Positions 39,596-48,367 of a stretch of DNA of 64,000 bases are shown here, in pieces. The notes under the pieces are model-generated. The model saw only the letters and a list, made by a program, of their open reading frames with translations, ran no database searches and had not been told where the DNA came from. Origin of the DNA: Phycisphaerae bacterium (GTDB lineage Bacteria; Planctomycetota; Phycisphaerae; UBA1845; Fen-1342). Each line of letters starts with the position of its first letter. The stretch's first letter is position 1. The translations under genes and the position numbers were made by a program. Location of the stretch: NCBI GenBank assembly GCA_050115495.1, contig JASFQK010000039.1, positions 1 to 64,000 of the forward strand, read 5' to 3'.

Positions 39596-41301
39596 CGTCC
39601 CTGCACTCCGCCGCGCCGACCGCCAGCGCCGATCAGATTCGCGCGTGGATCGATGCGCTCTGCGACCAATTGTCGCGAGGCGTCGATGGACGCTTCGACT
39701 TCATCGTCAGCGTCGACACCGACGACGAGACGATCGGCAAGCTCCAGATGCTCATCAACTTTGTCCTCGACGTCGCCCGCCGGGCCATGCAGGAACAGCA
39801 GGCCCAGCAGCAGCGTCTGGAGCAGGTGACGCAGCGCCGTGCCCGGCTGAACCTGCTGCAACAGGAGCTGCTCGGTCCCGGCGATCTGACCAGCAAGCTG
39901 AAGGAAGTAACCACCAACGCCGTGCAACTGCTGGATCTGGACTTTTGCCGCATCTGGGTAACCAGACCTGGGGATCGGTGCGCGTCCGGTTGTCCGCATG
40001 CCCCGTCCACGGCCGGCGAACCGAGGTGCACGAAGACGGGCCACTGCCTGCACCTGCTGGCCAGCTCGGGCCGCTACACGCACACCGACGGCGGGCTCCA
40101 CGCCCGCATTCCGTTCGCCTGCTACAAGATCGGGGCAACGGCCGCCGACACCGGACACAAGCTGGTGACCAACGACATCCTGAACGATCCGCACGTCCAT
40201 GATCACGAGTGGGCCCGGAGCCTCGGCCTGGTGTCGTTCGCCGGCTACCAACTCCGACCTCCCGGCAGCGAGGCTATCGGGGTGCTCGCCGCCTTCTCTC
40301 GCAATCCGATCACGCCCGACGTCGACGGCGTGTTGGAGACGCTGGCCAACTCGGCGGCCCTGGTGATTCAGCGTGACGTGGCGGAGGAAGAGCAGAAAAC
40401 GCTCCAGGGCCAGTTGCTCCAGGCCCTGCGGCTGGAATCCGTCGGGCGGCTGGCGGCCGGTATCGCCCACGAGATCAACACGCCGACGCAGTTCGTCAGC
40501 GACAACACGCGCTTCGTGGCCGCGGTCTTCCCGAAGCTCAGCGAACTACTAGCACAGCACAAACACTTCCTCGAAACCTGCCGCGACCAGCAGATGCCGT
40601 CCAACCACGTGGCTGAGCTCATCACCGCAATGGAACAGGCCAAGCTGGACTACCTTCTCGACCAGATACCCGAGGCGCTGTCCGATTCGCTGGAGGGGCT
40701 CGAACGCGTCACCTGCATCGTGCGGGCCATGAAAGACTTCGCCCATCCCGGCCAACAGGCCTTCGCCTCGGCCGACCTCAACCGAGCCATCGAAAGCACG
40801 GTCACGGTGGCCCGCAACGAGTGGAAGTACGTGGCCGAGATGGAGTTGAATCTGGACCCAGCCCTGCCACCGGTCGCCTGCCAGTTGGGCGAGTTCAACC
40901 AGGTCATCCTAAACCTGGTGGTGAACGCCGCCCATGCCATCAAGGACGTCGTCCAGTACGGCGCCGGCAAGGGCACGATCACCGTCTGGACGCGACACGA
41001 CGGCGACTTCGTGGAGATCCGCGTCAGTGACACCGGCCCGGGCATCCCGCCGGAGATCCGCGACAAGGTCTTCGACCACTTCTTCACGACGAAGGAGGTC
41101 GGCAAGGGCACGGGACAGGGCCTGTCCCTGGCTCATCGGGTAATCGTCGAGCAACACCGCGGCTCGCTGACGTTCGAAACCGACGTGGGCCGGGGGACTA
41201 CCTTCGTCATCCGTCTGCCAGTGGAGGCGCCGCCGTGCGCGGCGCGAGCCAGCGCCGATGAGGCCGGATCGCCATTGCCTCTGTCGGAGTCCGCCCTGTG
41301 A
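39592..41301 (+). CDS. Soluble histidine kinase with Cys/His-rich GAF domain (H-NOX-associated)
   Basis: GTGA overlap with H-NOX; AAGIAHEINTP H-box; NAAHAI; GTGQGL; no TM. Confidence 0.88.
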   Translation: MTSLHSAAPTASADQIRAWIDALCDQLSRGVDGRFDFIVSVDTDDETIGKLQMLINFVLDVARRAMQEQQAQQQRLEQVTQRRARLNLLQQELLGPGDLTSKLKEVTTNAVQLLDLDFCRIWVTRPGDRCASGCPHAPSTAGEPRCTKTGHCLHLLASSGRYTHTDGGLHARIPFACYKIGATAADTGHKLVTNDILNDPHVHDHEWARSLGLVSFAGYQLRPPGSEAIGVLAAFSRNPITPDVDGVLETLANSAALVIQRDVAEEEQKTLQGQLLQALRLESVGRLAAGIAHEINTPTQFVSDNTRFVAAVFPKLSELLAQHKHFLETCRDQQMPSNHVAELITAMEQAKLDYLLDQIPEALSDSLEGLERVTCIVRAMKDFAHPGQQAFASADLNRAIESTVTVARNEWKYVAEMELNLDPALPPVACQLGEFNQVILNLVVNAAHAIKDVVQYGAGKGTITVWTRHDGDFVEIRVSDTGPGIPPEIRDKVFDHFFTTKEVGKGTGQGLSLAHRVIVEQHRGSLTFETDVGRGTTFVIRLPVEAPPCAARASADEAGSPLPLSESAL

Positions 41302-43112
41302 TCACCAAACAGCAGAAGCCGGAGACCGGCGTAGCCCGCCGCGAGGCACGACGACTGTGGCTCGCCCTGGTCGTGCGTATTGTGCTGCCCTCCGTGGCGG
41401 GCGTCTTGTTGTTCTCCGCCGCCATCTTCCTGGTCATTCTCCCCACCCTCAAACAGACCCTCATGAATCGGAAGCGGGAGGTCATCCGCTCTCTGACGCA
41501 GGCGGTTTGTGCCGAACTGGCCAGCTTCGAGCGACAGGTGCAATCCGGGCAAATGAGGAGAGCGGCGGCCCAGGCGGAGGCCATCGCCCTGGTCCGTGAC
41601 ACTCGCTACGGCAGCGACGCAAAAGACTACTTCTGGATCATGGACACGCACCCCCGCATGATCATGCATCCCTATCGGCCCCATCTGAACGGTCAGGATC
41701 TCACCGAGTACGCCGACCCCCGGGGCACCCACCTCTTCGTGGATGCCGTCCACGCCGTGCAGGGCGATGGACACGGTTACATCAGCTACATGTGGCAGTG
41801 GAAGGATGACCCCACGCGCATCGTCCCCAAGCTCTCCTACGTCCAGCGCTTCGCCCCCTGGGACTGGATCGTGGGCACCGGGCTGTACACGGACGACGTG
41901 GCCGCCGAAATCGCCGCCGTCTCACACCGGCTGGCCTCGGTCGCCGCCGGCGTACTTGGGATCGTCGCCTTGCTGGCCGGCTATGTGGCCTGGGGCAGTT
42001 GCCGGGCCGAGCATCGCCGGCAACGTGCGGAAGCCGCCGTGCGGCGACTGAACGAAGACCTGGAGCAGCGTGTCCGGGAACGGACCGCGGAGCTGTTGCA
42101 GACCAACGAACGACTGCGGGTCGAGATCGACGAGCGACAGCAGATTGAGGAAGCGCGGGCTCTTCTCCAAAGCCAGCTCGTACAAGCGCAGCGGCTCGAG
42201 GCCGTCGGCCAGTTGGCCGCAGGGATCGCCCACGAGATCAACACGCCCACGCAGTTCGTGAGCGACAACACGCAGTTCGTGGCCGCCACGTTCCCGAAGC
42301 TGACCGGGCTGCTGCAGCAACACGCCCAGCTTCTGGACGTCTGCCGCCGGGGCGCCGTACCGGATGCCCAACTCAACGAGTTCGTCTCGGCGATGAAAGA
42401 AGGCAAGCTGGACTACCTGCTCGAACAGATCCCCGAGGCGCTGTCCGATTCGCTGGAGGGTCTCGAGCGTGTGACGCGGATCGTGGGCGCCATGAAGGAG
42501 TTCGCCCATCCCGGACAGCAGGGCCTCTCGCCCGCCGACCTGAACAAGGCCATCGAGAGCACGATCACCGTGGCCCGCAACGAATGGAAGTACGTCGCCG
42601 ACGTCGAGCCGGACCTGGACCCGGCGTTGCCGCCGGTCCCCTGCCTGCTCAACGAGTTCAACCAGGTCATTCTGAACCTGATCGTCAACGCGGCCCACGC
42701 CATCAAGGACGTCGTCGGAGACGGCGGCCACGGCAAGGGCACGATCGCCGTCAGCACGCGCCACGACGACGGCGTGGCCGAGATCCGCGTCAGCGACACC
42801 GGAACCGGGATCCCCGTGGAAGTGCGGGACAAGATCTTCGATCCCTTCTTCACGACCAAGGAGGTGGGCCGGGGCACGGGGCAGGGTCTGGCGATCGCCC
42901 ATCGCGTCGTGCAGAAGCACCACGGAACGCTGACGTTCGAGACCGAAGTCGGTCGGGGAACGACGTTCATCATCCGCCTGCCCGTTGAGCCCGGCGTTTC
43001 GACGGGCGCGGCACGCGAAGCGTGCCAGTCCAAGTTCGTCTCCCTGAATGCACCGACCCCGGCCGACGGAGGCCCGGCGGTCGAGGAGCCCGGACCGGAG
43101 TATGCCCAATGA
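41298..43112 (+). CDS. Membrane histidine kinase with single Cache domain
   Basis: Two TMs, DYFWI..HPY..KLSYV, AHEINTP, HATPase; GTGA overlap. Confidence 0.9.
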   Translation: MITKQQKPETGVARREARRLWLALVVRIVLPSVAGVLLFSAAIFLVILPTLKQTLMNRKREVIRSLTQAVCAELASFERQVQSGQMRRAAAQAEAIALVRDTRYGSDAKDYFWIMDTHPRMIMHPYRPHLNGQDLTEYADPRGTHLFVDAVHAVQGDGHGYISYMWQWKDDPTRIVPKLSYVQRFAPWDWIVGTGLYTDDVAAEIAAVSHRLASVAAGVLGIVALLAGYVAWGSCRAEHRRQRAEAAVRRLNEDLEQRVRERTAELLQTNERLRVEIDERQQIEEARALLQSQLVQAQRLEAVGQLAAGIAHEINTPTQFVSDNTQFVAATFPKLTGLLQQHAQLLDVCRRGAVPDAQLNEFVSAMKEGKLDYLLEQIPEALSDSLEGLERVTRIVGAMKEFAHPGQQGLSPADLNKAIESTITVARNEWKYVADVEPDLDPALPPVPCLLNEFNQVILNLIVNAAHAIKDVVGDGGHGKGTIAVSTRHDDGVAEIRVSDTGTGIPVEVRDKIFDPFFTTKEVGRGTGQGLAIAHRVVQKHHGTLTFETEVGRGTTFIIRLPVEPGVSTGAAREACQSKFVSLNAPTPADGGPAVEEPGPEYAQ

Positions 43113-44308
43113 CCCGCGTGCTGTTTGTCGATGACGAGCCCAAGATTCTGCGCGGCCTGGAGCGCATGCTCCACGGGCTCGATTGCGGCTGGGAAACCGC
43201 CTTCGCCACGAGCGGCCGCGAGGCGCTAGCCTTGATGGACCAGCAGCCATTCGACGTGGTGGTTTCCGACATGCGCATGCCCGAGATGGACGGCGCTGCG
43301 CTGCTCCGCGAGGTCATGGAGCGCCATCCGCAAGCCGTCCGCATCGCCCTCTCCGGACACTCGGAGCACGACCTGGTGCTCCGCTCCATCGGCGTGACGC
43401 ACCAGTACCTCGGCAAACCCTGCGACGCCGCCCAGCTCCAGGGCGTCATCACCCGGGCCATCGCCCTGCGCCAATTTCTGGCTGAACCCGCGCTGCGCTC
43501 CCTGGTCTCGCAGCTCTGGAGAATCCCCAGCATGCCGGAGGCCTATCGCGAGCTGATGGCCCAAATGCAGCGGCCCAGCACGTCGCTCAGAGATCTGGGA
43601 CACATCGTGACCCGCGACGTGGGCATGACCGCCAAGATCCTCCAGATCGTGAACTCGTCATTCTTCGGGCTTCCACGACACGTGGCCGATCCTGCACAGG
43701 CCGTCTGCCTGCTCGGGCTCAACGCCCTGCGGGCCCTGGTCATGACGATTCACATCTTCACGGAGCTGCGGCCGGACCGGGTCCACGACGTCGCGCTCGA
43801 CAATCTGTGGACACATTGCACGGAGACGGGCGCCATCGCCAAGATGATCGCCGCCGAGCAGGGCTGCGAGCGCGGCACATGCGACCACGCCTTGGTCGCC
43901 GGCCTGCTGCACGACGCCGGCAAGCTCGTCCTGGCCGCCAACCTGGGCGAGCAGTACCGCGCCGCCATGCATCGCGCCGCCGAGGAAGGTATCCCCCGGG
44001 CCGAAGCAGAACGCCAGGTGTTCGGAGCCACGCACGCCGAGGTCGGCGCGTATCTCCTGGGTCTCTGGGGACTGCCTGATCCGGTGGTCGAGGCCGTCGC
44101 CTTCCACCACCACCCCGCAGACTGCTCCGCGAACACCTTCACGGCCCTCACCGCCGTACACGTGGGGCATGCTCTTCAGTACGTGTCCAAGGGAGCCGGT
44201 GAAGAAGAGCTGTCCCAGAAGCTGGACATGCAGCACCTCCAGCAACTGGGCCTAGCCGAACGCTGGCCGGCCTGGCGCGACCTGTGCATGTCGAGGGCCG
44301 AGGCATGA
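43109..44308 (+). CDS. Response regulator with HDOD output domain
   Basis: VDDE..SDMRMP..KP receiver; TAKILQIVNSSFFG, GLLHDAGKL, HAEVGAYLLGLWGLP, FHH. Confidence 0.9.
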   Translation: MTRVLFVDDEPKILRGLERMLHGLDCGWETAFATSGREALALMDQQPFDVVVSDMRMPEMDGAALLREVMERHPQAVRIALSGHSEHDLVLRSIGVTHQYLGKPCDAAQLQGVITRAIALRQFLAEPALRSLVSQLWRIPSMPEAYRELMAQMQRPSTSLRDLGHIVTRDVGMTAKILQIVNSSFFGLPRHVADPAQAVCLLGLNALRALVMTIHIFTELRPDRVHDVALDNLWTHCTETGAIAKMIAAEQGCERGTCDHALVAGLLHDAGKLVLAANLGEQYRAAMHRAAEEGIPRAEAERQVFGATHAEVGAYLLGLWGLPDPVVEAVAFHHHPADCSANTFTALTAVHVGHALQYVSKGAGEEELSQKLDMQHLQQLGLAERWPAWRDLCMSRAEA

Positions 44309-45477
44309 GCGAACGCATCCTCTGTGTCGACGATGAGCCCAAGGTGCTCCGTGGCTTCCAACGCCAGTTGTACGAGCACTTCGACGTCGTGACCGCTACC
44401 GGCGGCGCCGAGGCGCTCGACATCATTGCGACAAACGGGCCCTTCGCCGTGGTCGTCTCCGACATGCGCATGCCCGGCATGGACGGCATCGAGTTTCTCT
44501 CCGCCGCCCGGCAGCGCGCCCCGGACAGCGTCCGCATCATGCTCACGGGAAACGCCGACCAGCAGACCGCCGCCCAGGCCGTCAACGAAGGCCACATCTT
44601 CCGCTTCCTGAACAAGCCCTGCGCGCCGGAAGCGCTGCTGGGGGCTCTCCAGGCCGGCGTCGTCCAGTACCGCCTCGTCACCGCCGAGAAAGAGCTGCTC
44701 GAGAAGACGTTGCGCGGAGCAATCCGTGTGCTGGCCGAAGTGCTTTCGCTCACCAACCCGGTCGCTTTTGGTCACGCCGCCCGCGTGCAGCGGCTCGTCT
44801 CCCGCCTCGGCCGGCACATGCACGTCGAGCGTCCCTGGCAAAGCGAGATCGCCGCGGCCCTCTCGCAGATCGGCTGCGTCACCGTTCCGCCGGACACGCT
44901 CCAGCGAGCCTACAGCGGCGGCCCGCTTCAGCCCCAGGAAATGCAGATGCTCGACGCCCACCCGGGCATCGCCAGCGATTTGATCCGCAACATCCCGCGC
45001 CTCGAGGAAGTGGCCCGCATCGTCGCCTACCAGAGCAAATGCTTCGACGGCTCGGGTGTGCCCGACGACGACGTCCGCGGCGGCCACATCCCGCTCGACG
45101 CCCGCATCCTGAAGGTCGCCTCCGATTTCGACACGCTCCGCTCCAGCGGCCAGACCGCCCCGGCCGCCCTCGAGGAGATGCAGGCGCGAGCCCACCTGTA
45201 CGATCCGGCGGTGCTGGAAGCCCTGGGGGCTCTGATCGCGGAGGATGACCCCTTCGAGATCCGCGAAGTGGCTCTGGAAGACGTCCGACCACGGGCGGTA
45301 CTGGCCGACGACGTGCGTACGCCGGCCGGCTGCCTACTCATCAGCAAGGGGCAGGAAATCACGCCCTCCGTGCGCAGCCTGCTCTGCAACTACGCCCGCA
45401 AGCAGGGTCTCGAGTGGGACATGCGCGTGCGTGTTTACGTTGAACGACAGGTTCATCGGCCGACGGAAAACGCCTGA
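44305..45477 (+). CDS. Response regulator with degenerate HD-GYP domain
   Basis: Intact receiver; LSQIG in place of LHDIG, YQSK..DGSGVP in place of HHE..DGxGYP, IPLDARILKVA. Confidence 0.85.
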   Translation: MSERILCVDDEPKVLRGFQRQLYEHFDVVTATGGAEALDIIATNGPFAVVVSDMRMPGMDGIEFLSAARQRAPDSVRIMLTGNADQQTAAQAVNEGHIFRFLNKPCAPEALLGALQAGVVQYRLVTAEKELLEKTLRGAIRVLAEVLSLTNPVAFGHAARVQRLVSRLGRHMHVERPWQSEIAAALSQIGCVTVPPDTLQRAYSGGPLQPQEMQMLDAHPGIASDLIRNIPRLEEVARIVAYQSKCFDGSGVPDDDVRGGHIPLDARILKVASDFDTLRSSGQTAPAALEEMQARAHLYDPAVLEALGALIAEDDPFEIREVALEDVRPRAVLADDVRTPAGCLLISKGQEITPSVRSLLCNYARKQGLEWDMRVRVYVERQVHRPTENA

Positions 45478-45506
45478 GGCAGGAGACAGCCGACACGCGA
45501 CACATC

Positions 45507-45710
45507 GTGCTCCTGGTGGATGATGAGCCGAAGGTGCTCACCGCACTCCAGCGTCTGCCGCGGCACGAGTCGTACGAGATTCTCACGGCTGGCAACGCCG
45601 AAGAGGCCCCGGAAATCCTCACCCGCACGCCCGTCGCAGCGATCCTCAGCAACGAGGAGATGCCGGGCATGCGCGGATCGAAGTCTCTGGCCCGGGTGGC
45701 CCGTGACTAA
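45507..45710 (+). pseudogene. Truncated response-regulator receiver fragment
   Basis: VLLVDDEPKVL..ILSNEEMPG then TAA after ~67 codons; phospho-Asp replaced by Asn. Confidence 0.7.
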
Positions 45711-45949
45711 CGACGCAACCCGACCCTCCACGCGCGGTCGCGGACCGTCGAGATCGGATTCGCCTCCACGTGGGCATCAGCGCAGACCTGGAGGACTTCT
45801 CGCCAAGCCAGACCAGAACGCAGTTAACGATATCACGGTGCCGGTGCTCTGCTACCCCGGCCGGGACAGCGCCGACCTGCGTAACCTATTACCAGACAGC
45901 ATGTTAGCGACACACTGCACTGAAGGAAAGCATCCGGAATCGTCGGGGC

Positions 45950-45978
45950 GTTACGAATCTCGTAACCGTTTCCGAAAC
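45950..45978. promoter_or_regulatory. Adjacent palindromes GTTACGA-ATC-TCGTAAC and GTTTC-C-GAAAC (putative operator)
   Basis: Perfect inverted repeats in AT-rich DNA just upstream of the 46019 gene. Confidence 0.45.
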
Positions 45979-46018
45979 AGTATTGAAAGCGCTGCGCAGT
46001 CCTGTTATTGTTACGGTC

Positions 46019-47239
46019 ATGAGCCAGGGCTGCCCCAGCACCGGTATGCGTCCCCCGCTCGAGGAGCAGGCGCGCCAAGTGCTCCATCGGGTCCGACGCG
46101 CCTTCGCCGCCATCATCGACCTTACCTGCGGCGCGACGAAACGGAGCACGCAAATCGCAGATCGGCTCAGGGTCCACCGCAAGTTGGCTTGGCAGATCAG
46201 TAAGGTCGCCCACACGCCGGACGCGTTTCACGCAGCACGGTTTATCCCGGCCCCCGGCAACATGGAGACCTTCCTCGCCGCGGCACGAAGGCGCGGCGTG
46301 ACCGAGGAGCTGCTTCAGGCGGCGGCAGCGGCCGTCGCGGATTTCGAGAATCTGGTCCCCGCCCACGCCGACGATCGCCGGTCGCTCGAACTCATGCTGC
46401 TGGGGTGCTCCAGCAAGCCCGACGACGACGCTGAAGCAGCCTTGCGCCGCTCGGCGTTCCTGAGCAATGCGCTCACCTGGGGCGTCCAAGCCAAGACGCG
46501 GCTCGTCGCCAATCTCCTGGCACCGACCGGCGACGGGAGCCGTTTCGACCTCGTGCGCATCCGGGGGTATACCGACTTTCGGCGAAATCGTCCCAATCAG
46601 CCCTGGATCGTGTCGTATACGCGCTCCGCGACGGACAACTGGGGCGCCCTACCAGAATCGCCTGAGCCCATCGACGACACCGGTGGCCTGCCCGTACCGC
46701 TGTTGTGCCAATTCTGCTCGGATCCTTTGCCCGCCTTTCGCCGGCGGCCCGGAACAGAGGGCTGCGTCGTGGACGAGCTGGCGCCTGGACGAGTGGGGAA
46801 CACTGGTGCGGTAACGTTCTTCACAGGCGAGATCAGTCGCAATTCGGCCACGCGCTACCGTGACGCGGAGAACACGTTCAACGAATTCTCGGCTCGCATC
46901 CAGACGCCGACGGAAGTACTGGTCTTCGACGTGTACGTGTGCGACAGCATGTTCGGCCCGATCGAGCCGAAATCCGCGTTATACAGCGCGCTCGTAAGCC
47001 CGAGTTCGCGTGACGAGGGCGATCGCCTGCCGATTGTGACGCAGGTGACGCATCTGGGGCGCGGTCTGGACGTGATCTTCACGCCGGACGTGCCGCGCTA
47101 TGTCGACTTGACGCAATACGTCTTCGATCGGCTGGGCTGGGATGAGGCCCGGTTCGACGTATACCGCGTGCGCATGGAGTACCCACCCATGCCCACGGTG
47201 TTGACCATTGCGCATCCTCTGCCGGACCAGCCACGCTGA
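46019..47239 (+). CDS. Hypothetical protein with possible N-terminal HTH (start 46019 or 46046)
   Basis: Long ORF with coding-like composition; STQIADRLRVHRKLAWQISKV resembles an HTH. Confidence 0.7.
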   Translation: MSQGCPSTGMRPPLEEQARQVLHRVRRAFAAIIDLTCGATKRSTQIADRLRVHRKLAWQISKVAHTPDAFHAARFIPAPGNMETFLAAARRRGVTEELLQAAAAAVADFENLVPAHADDRRSLELMLLGCSSKPDDDAEAALRRSAFLSNALTWGVQAKTRLVANLLAPTGDGSRFDLVRIRGYTDFRRNRPNQPWIVSYTRSATDNWGALPESPEPIDDTGGLPVPLLCQFCSDPLPAFRRRPGTEGCVVDELAPGRVGNTGAVTFFTGEISRNSATRYRDAENTFNEFSARIQTPTEVLVFDVYVCDSMFGPIEPKSALYSALVSPSSRDEGDRLPIVTQVTHLGRGLDVIFTPDVPRYVDLTQYVFDRLGWDEARFDVYRVRMEYPPMPTVLTIAHPLPDQPR

Positions 47240-47542
47240 GTGCCGGCGGGTTTCATCGGCGACCGGTATCGTGGTCGCCGCCGTGAGTCGGAAAGGCCCG
47301 ATTCACACCCATCGTTCGTCTCGTAGTCGCTGCGGGCGGGCGATTCACGTTGTCTGTGAGGAGGAAAGAACCAGGTCCTGCCGAACAGCACAGATCGCCC
47401 GAACCGCCGCGCGGATCCTCGCCGCCGTGGTCACCGAAGTAGCAGACTGCTTCGCGGCCCTGCGGGGAATGGAGTTACAGGAGCACCCGGTACAGGACCG
47501 GGTCGCTGAGGGAAGCCCGTTTCTGAGGAGTAGGAGTGGATT

Positions 47543-48244
47543 ATGAAATGCAACGCGAAAATCCTGGGATGTCTGCTGCTGGCAAGCCTGTGGCTGCCTG
47601 CGGCCAGCGCGACCTCGCTGCTGGTAAGCGAGGCGCAGGGCACGTTTCTCTACGGCTACGGCTCTTCGACCTGGGACGAGATGACCGCCACACTGGACGA
47701 CGTCTTCGACACCGTTGACGTCGTTCCCGACTTCACGAACCTCGAGCAGATGCTCAGCTACGATCGCATCTGGCTCGACCAGCGCTACCAGGGCAGCACG
47801 TTGCAGCAGGTCGAGGTCGACAACATCGCGGCGTTCGTGGCCACCGGTCGCCGCGTCGTGCTGATGGGCGAGCGCGAAGGCTGGACCGACTGGAACAACC
47901 AGATCCTGGGCATCGGCGGCGGCACGTTCGACTACCGATACTACGGTTACACGTCACCGATCCTGGCCCACTCGATCACCCACAGTGTCTCCTCCGTCAT
48001 GCTGGACATGGCCGGCACGGCCATCGGCGGCACCGAGCTGTTCGATGTGAACTTCGCCACGCTGTGGTGTCCGCAGCAGAACATGCTGACCGTGCTCGAC
48101 ATCAACGTGTGGGACGACAACCACTGGAACACGGCGGATGACGCGCAGTTCGCCAAGAACGTGGCGGACTGGCTCGTCGCGCCGGAGCCCGGCTCGCTTT
48201 CGTTGCTGGCCGTAGCCGCCCTGCTGCTGCGCCGGCGTCGCTAG
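47543..48244 (+). CDS. PEP-CTERM sorted exported protein
   Basis: AGGAG RBS; signal peptide; C-terminal APEPGSLSLLAVAALLLRRRR. Confidence 0.9.
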   Translation: MKCNAKILGCLLLASLWLPAASATSLLVSEAQGTFLYGYGSSTWDEMTATLDDVFDTVDVVPDFTNLEQMLSYDRIWLDQRYQGSTLQQVEVDNIAAFVATGRRVVLMGEREGWTDWNNQILGIGGGTFDYRYYGYTSPILAHSITHSVSSVMLDMAGTAIGGTELFDVNFATLWCPQQNMLTVLDINVWDDNHWNTADDAQFAKNVADWLVAPEPGSLSLLAVAALLLRRRR

Positions 48245-48275
48245 TATCCTGAGTCCGAACGTCACTGACAGAATC

Positions 48276-48337
48276 GGGGAGTGCGAAGCTCCGCGGCGCG
48301 ACCGCAGATGGAGCTTCGCACTCCCCTCTTTCATTTT
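48276..48337 (+). terminator. Terminator hairpin between convergent genes
   Basis: Perfect 17-bp arms GGGGAGTGCGAAGCTCC/GGAGCTTCGCACTCCCC followed by TCTTTCATTTT. Confidence 0.7.
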
Positions 48338-48367
48338 CACTGTCGCCGCGTGATGCGCCCACGCCCG

